Positions 41,479 to 57,020 are shown, counted from the stretch's first letter. The stretch: DNA of 64,000 nucleotides from the human T2T-CHM13v2.0 reference genome, Homo sapiens (GCF_009914755.1 NC_060929.1); one strand, 5' to 3'. Translations and numbers: made by a program. Notes: generated by a model from the sequence alone, not told the origin.

Positions 41479-44400
41479 TAAACCTATCTTTTCTATTTCT
41501 GTATTTTTGTTCTACTTTCTAGTTTTTCTAAACTTTGTTTTCTAGCCCTTTTGTGACTTAAATTTCTGCTGCTATTTCTAATATGCAAGAGCTCTGTTTG
41601 GCTTTCAGCAACTTAACCCTTTTTTATATTCTCCACTTGATTTATGGATGAAAAATCTGTTTTTGTTCTGAATATATTTGAGATTATCAGTGAGATTTTG
41701 TTTAAGCTTCATCACAGTGCATAGTTTTGGCTTTCTTCTGTCAGTTGCATTTTATATTTGGGGTTTGGATCTTTGTAAGAGGATTTTCTCAAATGTTTTA
41801 GGATCATTGGTGGTTTTTTTCTTATTAAAGACAGGCCTGTGAGATCGGGCAGAAGTGGTGAGCCTCAGGTTGGAGCTAGTCAACAACGGACTTTACTGAG
41901 GTTGATCTGGAAGGACTGTGTTCTTGGGGGATCCCCCAAATGTCAGTGCTTTTAGGTCTTTCCTTGCACACCTATCAGGTTCCCCAAAGAAGATTTTTTC
42001 AGTTTGAGAACCAAGAAGGAACAGAGGTCACTAGGACCCAATATTCAACAGTCACCATTGACAACCTGGAAGAAAAAACACCAGTAATGTGTTTCTCTTT
42101 CAGAAAATGAACCTGTTACTGTCATTCACAGCCAAAAGGCAATGTATCTACAAGTGGATCTTATTTGGATGAAAAGAAAGAAAACTCGCTTTGCAATAAA
42201 GATGAATGTTTTATAAATGCACTGGATTAGAAACTGCTTTTTACAGGTTTGAGACTGAGTTTTGTGTCTTAAAAAGTGTGTGACTCCTGATTATCTAAAA
42301 GTGGTAAGAAAAGTCTCAGACTACAAGAATTTTCGTTCAGGGATAGAAAAAGAACAACATACATTGAGTAGGAAATTGCTGATAGAAGAAATTGGAGACA
42401 GAAGTAAAGTAACTTATATGATGACTACCTAGTTTCTACTTCATTGTAGAAGTTAAACATTATTAAAAATTACAGTTAATCAACATATTAACCTTCTCTA
42501 CTAAAATCACAGGGAACTGAGAATGTGTTCTCTCTGATGACTCTACTTTTAATTTACATGTAATTTTTACATAGCATTTATATGTTTTTGGAGCCCACAA
42601 ACTGACATTATTATTTTATACAAGGTTCATACCTATTTTCACATTTACCAATTTGTTTGCTCCCTTGTTAAAATTTCAGAACTACTTTCTAGGTCATTGT
42701 TCAAGTTTTTATAATCATGAAATATATCCTTTGAAAATTTCTTTATTAAGTTTCTACAGTTGGCAAGCTCTTAAGAATTATTTTTCCGAAAATATTTAAC
42801 TGGTTTTATTGGATGCATATTTCTAGATTGACATTTATTCTCTGTCTTTCATTTTTGCTATTGAGAAGCTTATTGCGAGTATAATTGTTGCTCTTTGCCA
42901 GAAACTGATCTCTTCCCTCTGGTAGATTTTAAGTCCTCTTCTTTGATTTTAATGTTTTGCAGTAATACTACAATGTGCCTTGGTGTGCCTTTTTTTGGTG
43001 ACTTATCCTACCTGATGCACATGGTGTTTAATCTTTGTTTGCATTGTAGTACTGCTGCTTTTAGCTGCGACTGCTTTCTAGGGAACTTCTGTCTAATCCT
43101 CTGCCATCATGAAAGGAAGCAATGAACACTTGCTAGAATTTATGGGATAATAAAAGAGATATAACTATTGGAGGAAATGTGCATTGGGTCCTGAGTCATA
43201 CCTGAGAAAGGGAAAGTGGTCCAGGACATAACTGAAGTCCTCTCTGATGATGAGTCAAAAGGGGTGCTGTTCAGAGGACAGCCTGGCAGGAAAAAGGAAG
43301 CCTTACATTAAGAGGCTGTGGAGTGCTGTGGAGTATACTTTGGGGAGCAGCCAGCTGGAGGAGAAGTACCCCTACATCAGGGAGCTGCAATTGGAGAGAC
43401 CCAACAGTGAGGACAAGATGCTGGAGAACTCCTGGAAGCATCCTCCCCACATCCTCAGCTATGTGTCTCTTGTCACCTCAACTGTTTATCTCTTTGTCCT
43501 TCTGGGTTGATTAAAAATACCTTTAAATAACTCTAAAAATATCTTAAGTATCATTTTGGTGAGGCTTTAGGAGAAAACAAGAATAAACATGTACACAAAG
43601 ATTCTTAAATGTTTTTTAACACTTAAGTTATATTTCATGTAGTATTTGGGAGAATTGTTATTTGTAATATTGAATGTGTGTTATGGCACAGAATAACCAC
43701 ACACTTGCAATCCTATCCCCCAACCTAAGACACACAACAATACCATTGTGGCAAGATGCCTGAGCACATTCCCCTTGGCATCCCCTTTTCAAGCTACTCA
43801 GAGAATCCCCTCCTAAATGTGTTTTCTTGCTTTTTTTGTTTAATTTCTTGGTTTTGAAATATTATTATATCTTTACTCTCTATTTGATAATTTCAAGATT
43901 TGAAGTCCTCTGGAGTCTAAATTTGCTTAATCTCATTTATGGTTTCTTGCTTCCTCATGTATTTATTTCTGTTATTGTTTTACCTTTCATGAAGTCATTT
44001 AAAGCTGAACTTATTGAAGAACACTAAACGACCAAAATTTGGGATGCATTGTTCTGTGGTGTACTTGTGTTTGCTTCTGCTGGACCTCAGGAGATGCTAC
44101 CACATAGGGGCTACTTTATTTCCTTGGCTTGGGATTTCTTTCTGACCAGAAAGATGGTATTCATTCTAACTCCAGACCCAGGTGAGAGCAGGCCAAGAGC
44201 TACAGTTCTCAAGGGAAACTGCATATGGAAACAATTGCAGCCAGAATTCCCAGTGGCCTCCCTTTGCTGGTAAGCAGACTCTTGCAGGGTATAGTCCCCC
44301 TGTGAACCCCTGGCTTAATGTAGGAGTCTAAGTTCAGCTCCAGTACTTCTCAAAGGCCTGGAGTTGCTCATTTCCGATTTCCCTTCCTGTTTCAGCATTG

Positions 44401-45132
44401 CCTTGAAAGCAGTCCTGATTTATACATTTGATTGATGCTGTGGTGTTAGTGCTTTGCTTGTTCTCACTGGGTTGCTTTCACTGTTACTGTTTATATGGCC
44501 TTATTTTCTTGAGTGCTTAGCAATGAACTAAAAAAAATAACACATTTGTCATAACTTATCTAGGTCTCATTAAGGAATCTAGTTCACTATATTGCTAGAA
44601 GCAAAGTCTATACTTGAAATTTTGCTATCCTTTGTAATATAAGAGCTATTATGAGAGAGGTTTGCATCTCTCTGTTTTGTTCAGTTACATTTCAGGAGTT
44701 GCTAGTATTGCTGATCCCATATTTCCTGTTTCACTTTTGCTTTTTATTCGAGTTTCATTATGACTAAAAAATAAAGTCAGTTTCTTCCTTTATAATTTTG
44801 TTTAAAAATTTTTCTTAGTGCTATATTAGGCGGCTTAAAAAAGTACTTGAAAAGTTTATATTATCTCTTTACAATATATTTACTATATTTTTGAAGTCTC
44901 CTTAATAATTTTTTACTCACCTGAAAGGTCAAGTTTTATAAGAGATGAACAGTTTCCTACTTTTTTTTTTTTGTAGATTTTACCTCCACTGTCTGTAGAT
45001 GGTACTTTATAGATATCAATATTATATCTTTCAGTACTAAAAGATTGAATGATAACCGTGTCTTTATAGATTATAACCTTAAACATTATAAGGAGATTTT
45101 CTTTAATCAACACTTTTATGATATAAATAACA

Positions 45133-45926
45133 TATGGAAATGGAAGAAGTTCCCTTATCCCTCTCGCAGGGCATGTGACAGGGGTGTGGCTTGCTTCTTC
45201 AGTTCCCCGCTGCTCAAACCCCTGTGGGGAACATACAGGCAGGTCGTGGGGAGAATTTTTGGGCTCCGACCCCATGGCAGCATCTAAGGTTGAGTGTTTA
45301 CAGCTCCTGAAGCCCCAGTGGGCCTGTGTTACAGTGTGCTCTTTCAGCTTTGCTGTCTGCAGGCGGCTTGTGTTAATCAGCTCAATTAGACCCTCTGCCT
45401 TATCACAAGGACAGAGGGCTTTCTGTGTCCTGGGTTCCTGCCCTGGTGTACCGAAACAATGGGATCACATGTGAGCTTGGAGGATGGGTGCAAAGTTTTA
45501 TTGAGTGATGGAGGTAGCTCTCAGATTGGTGGATAAGGAGCCAGAAGGGGGATGGAGTGGGAAGGTGGTCTTTCCCTGGAGTCGGGTCACCCAGCTGCGG
45601 GACTCTCTTCCAACTGCCTCAGATCGAATTCCATGTTGTCCCGCCGTCAATGGACTGCCGGTATCTACTGGTGTCTGTCAGTGTGCTCTTCTGCTCCTCC
45701 TGACGTCCAGCAGCTTGTGTCTGTGCTGGCTATGGTCTGGGAGTTTTTATGGGCACAAAATGGGGGCCAAGGCAGGCCAGAGTGGTCTTGGAAAATACAT
45801 CATTTGAGTGTGAAAACAGGAGTGCCTGTTCTCACTTAGGTCTGTGGGCACAGGACTGAGGGTGGAGCCCTTACCAGGGACACTGCCCTTCTCTGTCGAG
45901 CACTTCTCTGCCCCCCTCCCATATCA
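45133..45926 (-). mobile_element. ERV1 solo LTR (LTR1/LTR27/LTR28 group)
   Basis: GC-rich island in AT-rich DNA. The minus strand starts tgatatgggaggggggcagagaagtgc; also 'gaagttcccttatccc...cccgctgctcaaaccc', and a minus-strand AATAAA (tttattg at ~45498). Confidence 0.75.
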
Positions 45927-45934
45927 ATACCAAC

Positions 45935-46208
45935 TTTGGATCAGACAAAGCCAAATAAATACCCCTAACTGATCACATAGGATGCCCCACATTTAGTAAA
46001 TGACCTACAGCCTCCCCAGACCACTAGCTTACAGTCAGGGCACACCTGAAGTGTTCCAGTGTATCCACTCTAAAGCTTCTCCACTGCCCTGCCTGCCTTT
46101 GAGTCTCTGTTAAAACACTAGGGGTGGTGGCTGGCTCCCTTACTACAGCAAGCTCTGAACAAATAGGACTTGCTTGTTGTCATTGGGTTGGTCTTCATTT
46201 ATTTCCAT
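45935..46208 (+). mobile_element. LTR fragment (MER31-like)
   Basis: 'ctgcctttgagtctctg...ggctggctcccttactacagcaagctctgaacaaata...ggtcttcatttatttcca'. Confidence 0.6.
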
Positions 46209-46751
46209 TTACTGTTGTATCATAAGGACTAGGTCAGAGAAAAGAAGCAGGAAAAAAATGTGCCTTCGTGGAACTCACATTCAAGTGGGGCAGTGATGAG
46301 AGGAGACAAACAGCAAAATGTAATAAGTAAGCAATATAGAAGTATGGGCAAGTTATAAGTGCTATAAATAAAAGACATGGGAGCTGGGGGAGGAGATTGC
46401 AATTTTAAACAGGGTTGTCAGGGAAGACTTGCTAATGAGGTGACATTTGAGCAAAGCCTGCTAGGAATGAAAGAGTAAGTCACACAGAGGCAATGGGGGA
46501 GGGGAAAGCATTTCCAGGAGGAGCCTCAAGGCAAAGGCTTGGAGGCAGGAGGTGCCTGGCAGTTTTCAGAAAAAGTAGGACTTGTGGCTGGAGTAAAGGG
46601 AGAGGGGAAAGAGAGAGGTGTGGTCAGAGATGTCAGGCAGCCAGAACATGGAGAACTTTGTAGGTCATTGGAAGGACATTGGCTTTTAAGCCAAGGAGAT
46701 GAGAAGCCTTTGAGCAGGAGTGGCAGGACTCTTGTTTTAAAAAGATCTCCT

Positions 46752-47060
<309 letters not shown>

Positions 47061-47086
47061 CTCCTGGCTTCTGTATTAAGATTAAG

Positions 47087-47202
47087 TAGAAGGATCATAC
47101 GCCCTGCCTTGTGCAGGACGATCCTAGTTTATGCCTATTGTCCTAGCCCCTTTCACTTTCAAAAATGTCCCAAGTTAGAGGATGAAACACAGGATCTCCC
47201 TA
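47087..47202. mobile_element. Small hAT-Blackjack MITE (MER94/MER81-like)
   Basis: 'catacgccctgccttgtgcaggacgatcctagtttatgcctattgtcc...aaatgtcccaagtt...tctcccta'. Confidence 0.5.
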
Positions 47203-47784
47203 AGAATAAACAACTAGGGGTAAGGATGAAAGCAGACACAACTAGGAAGCTGGTTTAATAATCCTGGTTACAAATAGTAGTGATGTGGAAAAGGGTGATG
47301 GCAGGGGAGGTGGTAAGAAATGTTCAAATTAGGCTTTATTTTCAAAGTGGAGCCAATGGGATTTCTACATAGTTCAGATGTGCGGAGTGGTAGAACGAAA
47401 TGTTAAAAATGACTCTGCTGGGTTTTTTTGTTTGAGTGAAGAGAAAATGCATTTTTGTTAACTTAAATGTGGAGAAACTGGGACCTAATTGTCAGGGGAA
47501 GACTGGGAGTTTGGTTTTGGAAATTTTGTTTTTGGGTTGTCTATTAGATAATTGGGTGATAAAGAGTAGCCTCTGGAATGAATTTGGAGTTTAGGGGAGA
47601 AGTGCAGGGTAAATGTGTTTTCTCCATTTATTGAGTGCAATGTTTTACAAATATGCAGTTCCCTGTTAAAACTAAGTAGGCATAACTCAGCTATTTGCAT
47701 CTAAACTGTCCCAGAAGTCAGGGCCTGATATCTCTTTTCTTCCTGTTTCAGTAACCACTTCTGTACCTTATGCTTTTAAGATAC

Positions 47785-47854
47785 TTTTTTTTCTCTTTCT
47801 TTTCTTTTCTTTCTTTCTTTCTTCTTCTTCTTTTTTTTTTTTTTTTTTTTTTTT
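47785..47854 (+). repeat. Polypyrimidine (TTTTC/TTC/T)n tract
   Basis: About 70 bp T/C-only run ending in a long poly-T. Confidence 0.9.
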
Positions 47855-49661
47855 GCAATTCTAGTGGGACTCAAATGTAACACACTTTTATTGTTAAAGT
47901 CTAACAACTTAAGCAGAATTGTGATTTCAGACATTCTTAAATTTCCCTGGAAAATGAGAAACCTGTTGGACCTTCAGATAAACTCTTGCCTTCACTTCTA
48001 AATTATTTTCTTCCAATACCTATTTGAATATTTTTTTCTATTGCAATTAGTTTTTCTTCTTTTTCAGGGGAAGCAATTGTTCCTGTAATGGTCCTCTAGT
48101 ATCTGCTCCCGTCTACATAGTTATATTTTTCACTAATCATTTTTATTTTGGTCTTTTTTGACTTCAACATTATATGTGATTTTTTCAAGCCTGCCTGCAA
48201 CATCACTGACTTACTATTTTTCATAAATGCCATTTCTGCTTTAACTCCTCATCCTTTTAGACAGTATATGCAATACCAGTATTCCTGTACTGTTACTTTT
48301 CTTTTTATTGTGTGTTGTGGATTTATTTCATGTTTTAGAGCATTCATATTTCCTTAACAGGGAAAAGCAGTTGGAATGTATTATTTTCTTTGCTATCTCT
48401 CGTATTCCATATCTCTTTCATTCTTTCAGAGGTTCTGTATTAGGTTATTTCTTCTGCTTACCCGTCATTCAAAATGGGCAATTCTATTCAGTCCATAATA
48501 GTAAATATGGTTATTGAATGAGGCAGATTAAGTAAACCTCCAACAGAAAGCAACTTTATTCTTTTACTATTGCTGTTACTCTGTACTGTGTCAAACCGCC
48601 TTTCTATAGCCCTGACAGTACCTTGAGTATATTCCATAGCTTCTGATGTCACTTGTAGTAGTAATAAACTTCTCCAGGCATCCAGGCATCCTTTTCCAGG
48701 CATCCAGTCTAATATCAGCTTCAAGAGTTCTTCCAGTTTTTGCCTTTACCCCTTTTCTGTTGAGCCTAATCCAGGCTTGGTTACCAATGGAGAAGGCGAG
48801 GGATGGTTGGACAGCTTGGACATTTGCTCACTTGTGCTTAACAGGACTGCTCTGCCTCCTGTATGACTACAGGTAGGGCTGTGAGATAAGAGAAGAGGCA
48901 TTAAAGTCTTATAGGACAGACGGGGTTGTAATCCCATGTTGATGCTCTCCAGCTATGAAGGCCGGCCCTATGAGGCTTTTGTGTAGACCCAACCTCTTCC
49001 GCAGAGGCATCCTGAGTCATAAGATGCCATCTGGGACTGTCTGCTGCTTAAGGCTCCTCAGTTGTGTCTAACAGTATGAGGTTATACATACAAGAATACA
49101 TATTACATAGCATTGTTAGCGGTTATTATTACTCTTGTGAATGGTACTATTGTTACTACTGGTATGAGAGAGATTTTAGCCTCTTAATTTTGGCTAATTC
49201 TATGATGTACTTGTATAAGACAGGTGATGTTTAAATGAGAAATCATAACTAACTTTACTTGGCACTAGATATTTGAGAGAAATTGTATGTATTTATTTGT
49301 AGATTATATTCTGTTTTATTAGGGAGGAAAGAACTTAGAGGCTGAGTTTATTTCCATCATTAAAACAAAATAGATAACCAAGGCCCAGAGAGAAACAGAG
49401 GCCTGTCTACTCTCCAGGCACTAACAGTCAGGACTGGAACACAGAACTTCAACTTCTGTGTAGTTGTCCTCAGTTTCTGTGCTTTCTCCTTCTGAGGGGA
49501 GGTGCTCCGTACTTCAGGACTGAGTGTAGATCTCACCAGATTCTTCCTGCCCTCTTGGTGGGTAGCTCAGTTCTGACACATGCTTTGATAGATAATGCAA
49601 CTTTTCCTTAAGGAACAAACCTTACCCTTTTAGTGAATGTTTGTAAACCTTTTAAGAATAT

Positions 49662-49679
49662 AGCCACCAGATGTCACTG
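49662..49679 (+). promoter_or_regulatory. CTCF-like motif
   Basis: agCCACCAGATGTCACtg, one mismatch to the core consensus. Confidence 0.45.
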
Positions 49680-51990
49680 TAGGCTAGCTTATGCCAAATA
49701 AGACTATTGTATCTGTTGTCAGATTTGCTTTGAGGAGAAAATGGGATCGAATAAATGCTATACATCCTAATGTTTTAGCTTATAAGGGAATTTCTAGGGC
49801 TGTTTTGAGACAGACCACCAACCATGAGAACAAAATGCGAAAGAATCCTACAGACCCTGGTCTCTTGGTAATTACAGTTTAGTGGGATGTGCAGGAGGAG
49901 TCATGTGCAAAAAATTACATGTTACCCATCCCTTTTGCTTGCAAGTGAAATAGACCAAGACAGAAGACATCAGAGTGAGCGGAAGAAACAGCTGACAACA
50001 TCGAAAGGGAGAAAATTGCAAGAAGTCTTGATGGATGTCTTAGATTTGGGTCTGTAGAGCGTTGAACCTGGAAGACGCCACTTGATGGTTAGAAAGGGGT
50101 GGGAAGGAAGGCAGAGTTAAATGTACAGCAACGTAAATGAGTGAAATGCCTGGACTTTTCAGAAGAATGGGAAGAGACTAGTTAACCATTCAAGATGGGA
50201 TAAGTCCAAGAATGGTAGCGTGTAAGGCTGGCAGTGTGGCCTGGTGGGACAAACACAGTTTTTACAGACAGGCCACCTGAGTCCAAATCCCAGCTGTGGC
50301 ACATACTAGTTGTTGGAACATACTCTGGGGCATGTTACCAACTCAAATTCCTCATAGAGAAAGTGAGATGATAATATATTCAACTCATAGGATTATGGAA
50401 AGATTGAGTTTATATTTTTACAGTGTTTAGAAAAGTGTCTAGCACTTAAGTACTACATTAAGTCTTTGAATAAATAAGTTTCTGTGTAGCACTAGGCATA
50501 AGAAGTCAAAATAAGGTTAATGATTAAAAGGCAATAGTTTTGTATTATTTAAGGAATATTTATCTGGAAGTGAAGTGAACATAGGCCTGAGATATACCCA
50601 GATCAGCACCTGTTCACTGAACACTATGCCAGACATTTAATGGGTGTGGAATAAATTTTAAAAAACCTATAATGGTGTTGATAATAATTTCTATGTACTG
50701 AGCTGTAACTAGGGTCTAGGAACTAAGTTTGAAGTACTTTAAATGCATTACTTTAATCTCCAAAATTTGTAGGGTAGGTTATTATTATTTCAGTTTCATA
50801 GATTAGGGAAGTGAGACCCAGAGAGAATAATTAATTTGTTCAAGGTCATACAAGCAGTAAATAGCAAAGCTGAGATTCAAACCCAGAACCTGATCATTTA
50901 ACCACTGCTCGAAGTACCTAAAAGACCTTGAGGCATACTATAAAATCACATTACTTTAGAGCCAAGAGGGACTTCAGTTTGACTGACTCGTTTTATGGAT
51001 GAAGAAACTGAGAATTATAAATTTTAAGGGATGTATTCAATGTCATTTGGTTGAGGGATGGATGATATAAGAACTTAAATTTTCTGTTCCCAGTCCAGTT
51101 CTGAATATAAGGGGTTTTAAAAGTAAACAGGAAGTATCAATCCAGCGTATTATTATTCAAAGAGACTGTGCTAGATCTTTTATTTGTCTTTTGCTGACAT
51201 TTTTTTTGTCTTGCTTCTGGTATAGTGTGAACTCTAGTGTGTTATAGTGGTCCTTGTTGTTTAAGATCTTTTTTCAAGATATAGAGTGGAGTGGAAACCC
51301 GCCTGGAGAGTATATAGTATTTAGTTCAAAATGTGAGTTACGTAGTGGACCTCAGACAGTAAAATCAGCTTCCTTGTCATCAGAGAATTCCAGGCAGGAT
51401 AAGTTATCAACCTAGAATAATTCATGGAAGTTCATGTCCTCTACCAGGTCACAGTAATTGAAGTTTAATAGATTGCAGGCAGTGGAGGCAGAAAGGTGTA
51501 AACACTAATACATGACTAATTGTTTATTCCAACATATACAATAGACTGAAAATGAGTGTGAATTATAAATATGAAAGAGAGAGTAGATTAAGCCTTTGCA
51601 TGATTAATGAGAAGTATATGTTGGAGAAAACAATTGTTAGTGTATGAGTGTTCACAGCTTTTCTTCCTTTACTGCCTGCCAAGTGGAATTCTGCCTGCCA
51701 CGCTGTTTCTGGGATTCATTGTAAAAGCAGGATTGTGGGTAAGAGAGCTAATGGAAGTGAGCACAGATAGGCTGGATGGATTTAGTTTGGAATGAGCAAA
51801 GATGTCTCTTAGAAGAGGGGAAAAAACCAAGGTGGGTGGGATAAGAAAGATAAGAGTCAGCTTGGGGTGGGTTGAAGAGAGTTTTGCAGTTTTGAATTAC
51901 AGTCAGTTGCTTTACTATGATAAATGAGGTTTAGATGCAATAGATGGATACAGAGAAAATCTTAAATTGGTAGGAGTTCTGAAATATACC

Positions 51991-52403
51991 TGCTATGGTT
52001 TGGATGTCCCCTCCAAAAGTTATGTTGAAACTTAATCCTCAATGCGGCAATATTGAGAGGTGGGGCCTTTCAGGATGATTGAACCATGAGGGTTTTGCCC
52101 TCAGGAATGGATTACTTTGTCCATAGACTAATGGATGATCATGGGAGGGGAACTGGCGCTTTATAAGAGGAGGAAGAGAGGCTTGAGCTAGTACGTTAGC
52201 ACACTTGACCCCCTCGCCATGTAATGTCCTGTACCACCTCGGAACTCCACAGAGAGCCCCCACCAGCAAGAAGACCTTCATCAGATGTGGCCTCTCAACC
52301 TAGACTTCTCAGCCTCCTAACTCTAAGAAATAAATTTATTTTCCTTATCAAATCACCCATTTTTAGGAATTGCATTTTAAGCAATAGAAAATAGACGAAT
52401 ATA
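51991..52403 (+). mobile_element. MaLR LTR (MSTB-like)
   Basis: tgctatggtttggatgtcccctccaaaa...gagaggtggggccttt...ccccaccagcaagaag...aagaaataaattt. Confidence 0.88.
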
Positions 52404-53211
52404 GTATTTCCTGGGATTTTACTACAAGGAAGCCTGATACAGACTCAAAGGACTCCTTAATTAAAATTTGAACATTAAAATAGTGGTTTTTCTAAATGTG
52501 ACACCAAGCCATGTACTAAGTCAGAGGCTATCAGATTGATCTGGTCTAAATGTGAGGGGGAAATACATTTGTGTTGTACCTTAAACTCCTAGTAAGATCT
52601 TCACTTGTGTAACATCCTACTATACAGGACACAGTTTCCCAAACTGTATTCCTTGAGTCACTTGGATTAATTTTGTTAATAAGTGTTTGTACAATAAAGT
52701 TTTAAAACTAATACACGGTCTCTTCCATTCTGAGTGTCATGGAGCACATTAACATAGTAAAACCACCCAGAAATTCAGTATAACAAGGAAAAAATTTACA
52801 TTTGACCACTGTTTTTCAGACTTAAGAAAATGTAGAACACCTATTACTTAACATCTTATGGGAATATTGTTTCATGGAATATTGTAGGAAATGCTAGTTC
52901 AGTTGAAAAAGTGTAGGTTTGGATAGCTGGAAACTAATTCCCAATTCTGGCCTTGTAAACTACTTAGCTGCAGTCAGTGCTACTCAAAATATGACCAAGG
53001 ACTGCCAGTTTGCATACTACCTGCTATTAGACTGCACTACATAAGAAACTAGAATGTAATGAAATGTATAAAATAAGCATACAATTTAGTTGAGCTGGGG
53101 TTATTTGTAGCCAGACTTCGATGAAGGAAGTCATAAATGCTGATTTATATTCCATTACAAGTCTGACACTCTGAGTAGTATTAGCTGCAGTGATTGTAGT
53201 AAGTGACTTGA

Positions 53212-53531
<320 letters not shown>

Positions 53532-56385
53532 TCACTTGACCTTTCTGATTTAAATTTCACTTTCTCTCAAATGATTAGGTAGGAAAATAAACATGAAGAT
53601 TCAACCTATTCTGAGTTCTATAACTCTAAACCTGGTAATCTTCTGGGAGCCTAGGGTCTTGGGAAAAAACTGAATATCTCTGTTGTAAACCTCTGGCATA
53701 ATCCATGAGAATGATAAGGTTTCGACCTGCATCTTCACTTCTAAACTAGGAAAATGGAGACATTTAATATTCTCTAATTCTTGTCCTAATGAATGAACAG
53801 TAATGCTGATCTATATTTTATTGTTTTATTGTTGCTGTTTAAAGTCTATAGATATTATAGATAAAGACACAAGCTGATCATCAACTTCAGCAATGTTGGC
53901 TAGTACTTAAATTGTGCTTGCAACAATGGTATATCTGTTTCTCAGACAAACACATTTTGTTACAGGCCATTCTGGCACATTCTTGATCAGAGGTAAAGAT
54001 AACAAAGATAATTCCAATATGGATGAGGATTTAAAAGCAGCAGGATACTCTGGAAGGGTTGCAGGCTTTTGCATCATGTAGACCTGGATTTATATTTCAT
54101 CTCCATTATGTACTACCTCTATGACCTTGGGAAGTTCTATTAACTTTCATGGGTATTCATGTTCCCATCTATAAACCTGATAAGTGTGTTATGATGATTA
54201 CATGAGATAATACTTCTAAAGTTTTTATTATTTTTGTAGATTTTTAAAAATAAGAAAAATATATGAGTTACAGAAAGGAGAATTACAAAATTAGAACAGA
54301 AGTGTTTAGGGAAAACAATGTGCAGGTCATAAAATGATGGCCACCAAAATACTGATTTAGACACAAGAATAGAGTCCACTAAAATCACTTGAATAGTAAA
54401 AAGTGAGCATAACTAGAGGTTTCACAAGTTCAGAACCTGTGTTCATAGGTCAAAGATAGAGTCAACAGGGGAAGCCTAGGCTGGAGTAAAGAAAATATCA
54501 GCCTTATGAGTTAAAAAATGGCTACATTAACACTCTCTATTCTATTCTGTCTAGACTAATAGCATTCTTCAAGTGGGAGAGAGCTAATAAAGATAGCTGT
54601 AACCGACCTGTATGGTGACTGGAATAATATTCAACAGGGTAACCAGCCTGAAGGTATCAGGTGAGTCAATCAATATATAAAACTTAACTGAGTTGTTGTC
54701 ACCCTGAATAGTAGAATTGAGTTCATGTAATCCTAAGTAAAATGGTTAAACCCATTGGGACTTATAATTGCAAAAGATCTCTCAATTTTAAATAGGAAGG
54801 CTGCAGATTTTTTTTTTTGCCTCGTAATAACTCATATTTTTATAGTACTTCTCAATTTCCAAAGCACGTTTGTGTGCATTGTTTCAATGGAGCATTATGA
54901 CAGCTAATAAGTCTCTGTGTGGTATAGCTAAGGACCCCAAAGCCCAGAAAGGTCAAATGATTAGCATAAGGATGCACAGCCAATACTTGGAAGAAGCAAG
55001 ATTGCTATTAGAGATCTTAAGTCAACATAACTTAGCTTTTCCCAGAATGAAACAGTGTCTCTCCCTGAGAGTGAAAGTTATCAGTTACCATCCAGCCCGT
55101 TCACTTGTATTAGATGGAGACAAAGTCTCCCTGAAAGGATCAGTAGAAGTATAGTTGTTGACAGACACAGGATTCACAGCTTAAAGTTTCTCTTTCCAAA
55201 TAAGCCACTTAATTGTTCTTTATTCTAAAATAATGGCCAAATGTGAATATTATTATTTCAGAATACTTAGAAGAGGTCACATGAGTTGAAAGATAAAACT
55301 GCAGGCCTTTATTAGTCATGGGTTGTTTAAGTCAGAGAAGATATGTACAGTATATTCAAGGTACTATTTTCCATTCCCATGACCATGACAGTCATAGATA
55401 GTCAATTGTGATATTCTTTCCCATTGGATCCAGATGAGCTTCATAGTTCTTTTCAATTTGGTGTTCTAGTCAGGCACTGCTAAGTGCTCAGAACTAGTCT
55501 ATTTTCCATGTTGCTGTAGGCACAGACATGCTTAGAGGTTTGCCTGAGCCTTTTGATCTAAAACCATCCTTGAAACCCCATTTTCTTTTCTAGGTGATAT
55601 TCAAAACAATTTTATTCTCTTTATTATGCCTGACACTTATTAACAAAATAGCCTGTGTTATTAAAATTCATGCAAAATTATGTAAACATTCCAAAGAACA
55701 TGACATTTGCACAGAAGCTGACAGACTCGGTACTTTGTTTTTTCTACATCTTTGAGGATATTGTCGTTTCTGTTTGTAAGAAGACACAGTAGCCCTCCAG
55801 TAGTCATTCGTGAATTTCCCTCTTCAAAAGCATAATTGCTATGCACTTACTTCCTGTACTTCTAAGAATTAATTTTATTCTAGGGACCCAGTGAAGTCAA
55901 TCATTTACTTTAGAGAAGAAAATTTTTCTACTTTATTGTTCATTGTTACTAGCTCAGAAACCAGTTATTTGTTTCATAAAGTGTAAGGCACTGCTTTAAA
56001 TTGGAATCTCACTTCTACACCATAATTGAGTTCTTGGCACTCAATGTAACAAAGCAGTATAAGACTGTAAAGTTGTTTTAGAGCTAGGAATGAATCAATC
56101 ACTCAAGGAAACTTTCTTGAAATAAATTTGCTTATATTCTCAACTTTATTTCCCTTTTACTGTCAACCCTCAGCCTCTCTTCATTCTGGTTTCCCTAGGG
56201 GGCAGGGGACTATAGAGGGCAAATGTATATGTTGGAAATGTTATTCTAAGTTATTCCATTACCTAAGTCTCATTCTTCCCTGCAAATGAGACCACTGATG
56301 TGATGGAAAAGATAATTAAATTTTAAGTTAGAAGACATTGTTGTATTTGAATCTTGGCCTGCCACTTTTTTCCTAGGTAAATTTA

Positions 56386-57020
56386 GTTATTACTCAAGAC
56401 TTACTGGTTTTCAAGTAACAGAAACCCAAATCACACTGGCTTTAGCAAAAAGAGGGGGTTTAGTTCATATATCTAAGACTGATTCTGGCTGGCTCCAGGT
56501 ATAGCTGGATCAGCATCCCAAGAACTATTACAAGAAACTTATTTCACCATCTCTTTAGCTCTTCTTTCCTCTCCTTTGGTGTTAATCTCAGATCCTACAT
56601 GGGAGCACCCAATGAATTTAGGATTTCTCTCTCTGTCTCTTTATAGTTCAACAAGCCTCCAAGGAAGGAGACATTTCCTTTCTTTAATAAGACCTCCAAA
56701 GACCTTAGTACTGCACGTTGGCTTGACTTGTCTCCTGTGACCATTCCCAAACCAATCACTACAGCCACTGAGGATGAAATAGCCGAGTTTTCTTGCTTCT
56801 TGTCAGGAAAGAGATCACTCAGTAATCACCTCTATAGTTATTATGGCTGTTTGTGGCTGATGTATTATATGCTGTTCCAGGGCTATATGCTGTGTATTTC
56901 TGTTCCTTGGCTACCTGCTTATCCTTAGAGTTAAGAATGGGGGTGATCTCTCCTGAACATAATGATTTAGAATTGGGTTGATTCTCCATAGGAAAATTAC
57001 ACTAGGAGAAAATAGAATGA
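56386..57020 (-). mobile_element. Old MaLR LTR (MLT1K/L-like)
   Basis: 'caagtaacagaaacccaaatcacactggctttagcaaaaag', 'ctccaggtatagctggatc', 'aaaccaatcact'. Confidence 0.65.

Noticed and set aside
47600-49080. Apparently unique region with several short ORFs (48148-48937)
   Set aside because: The minus strand is A-rich and resembles decayed ancient L1/HAL1 ORF1 and 5' sequence; the peptides match nothing recognisable.
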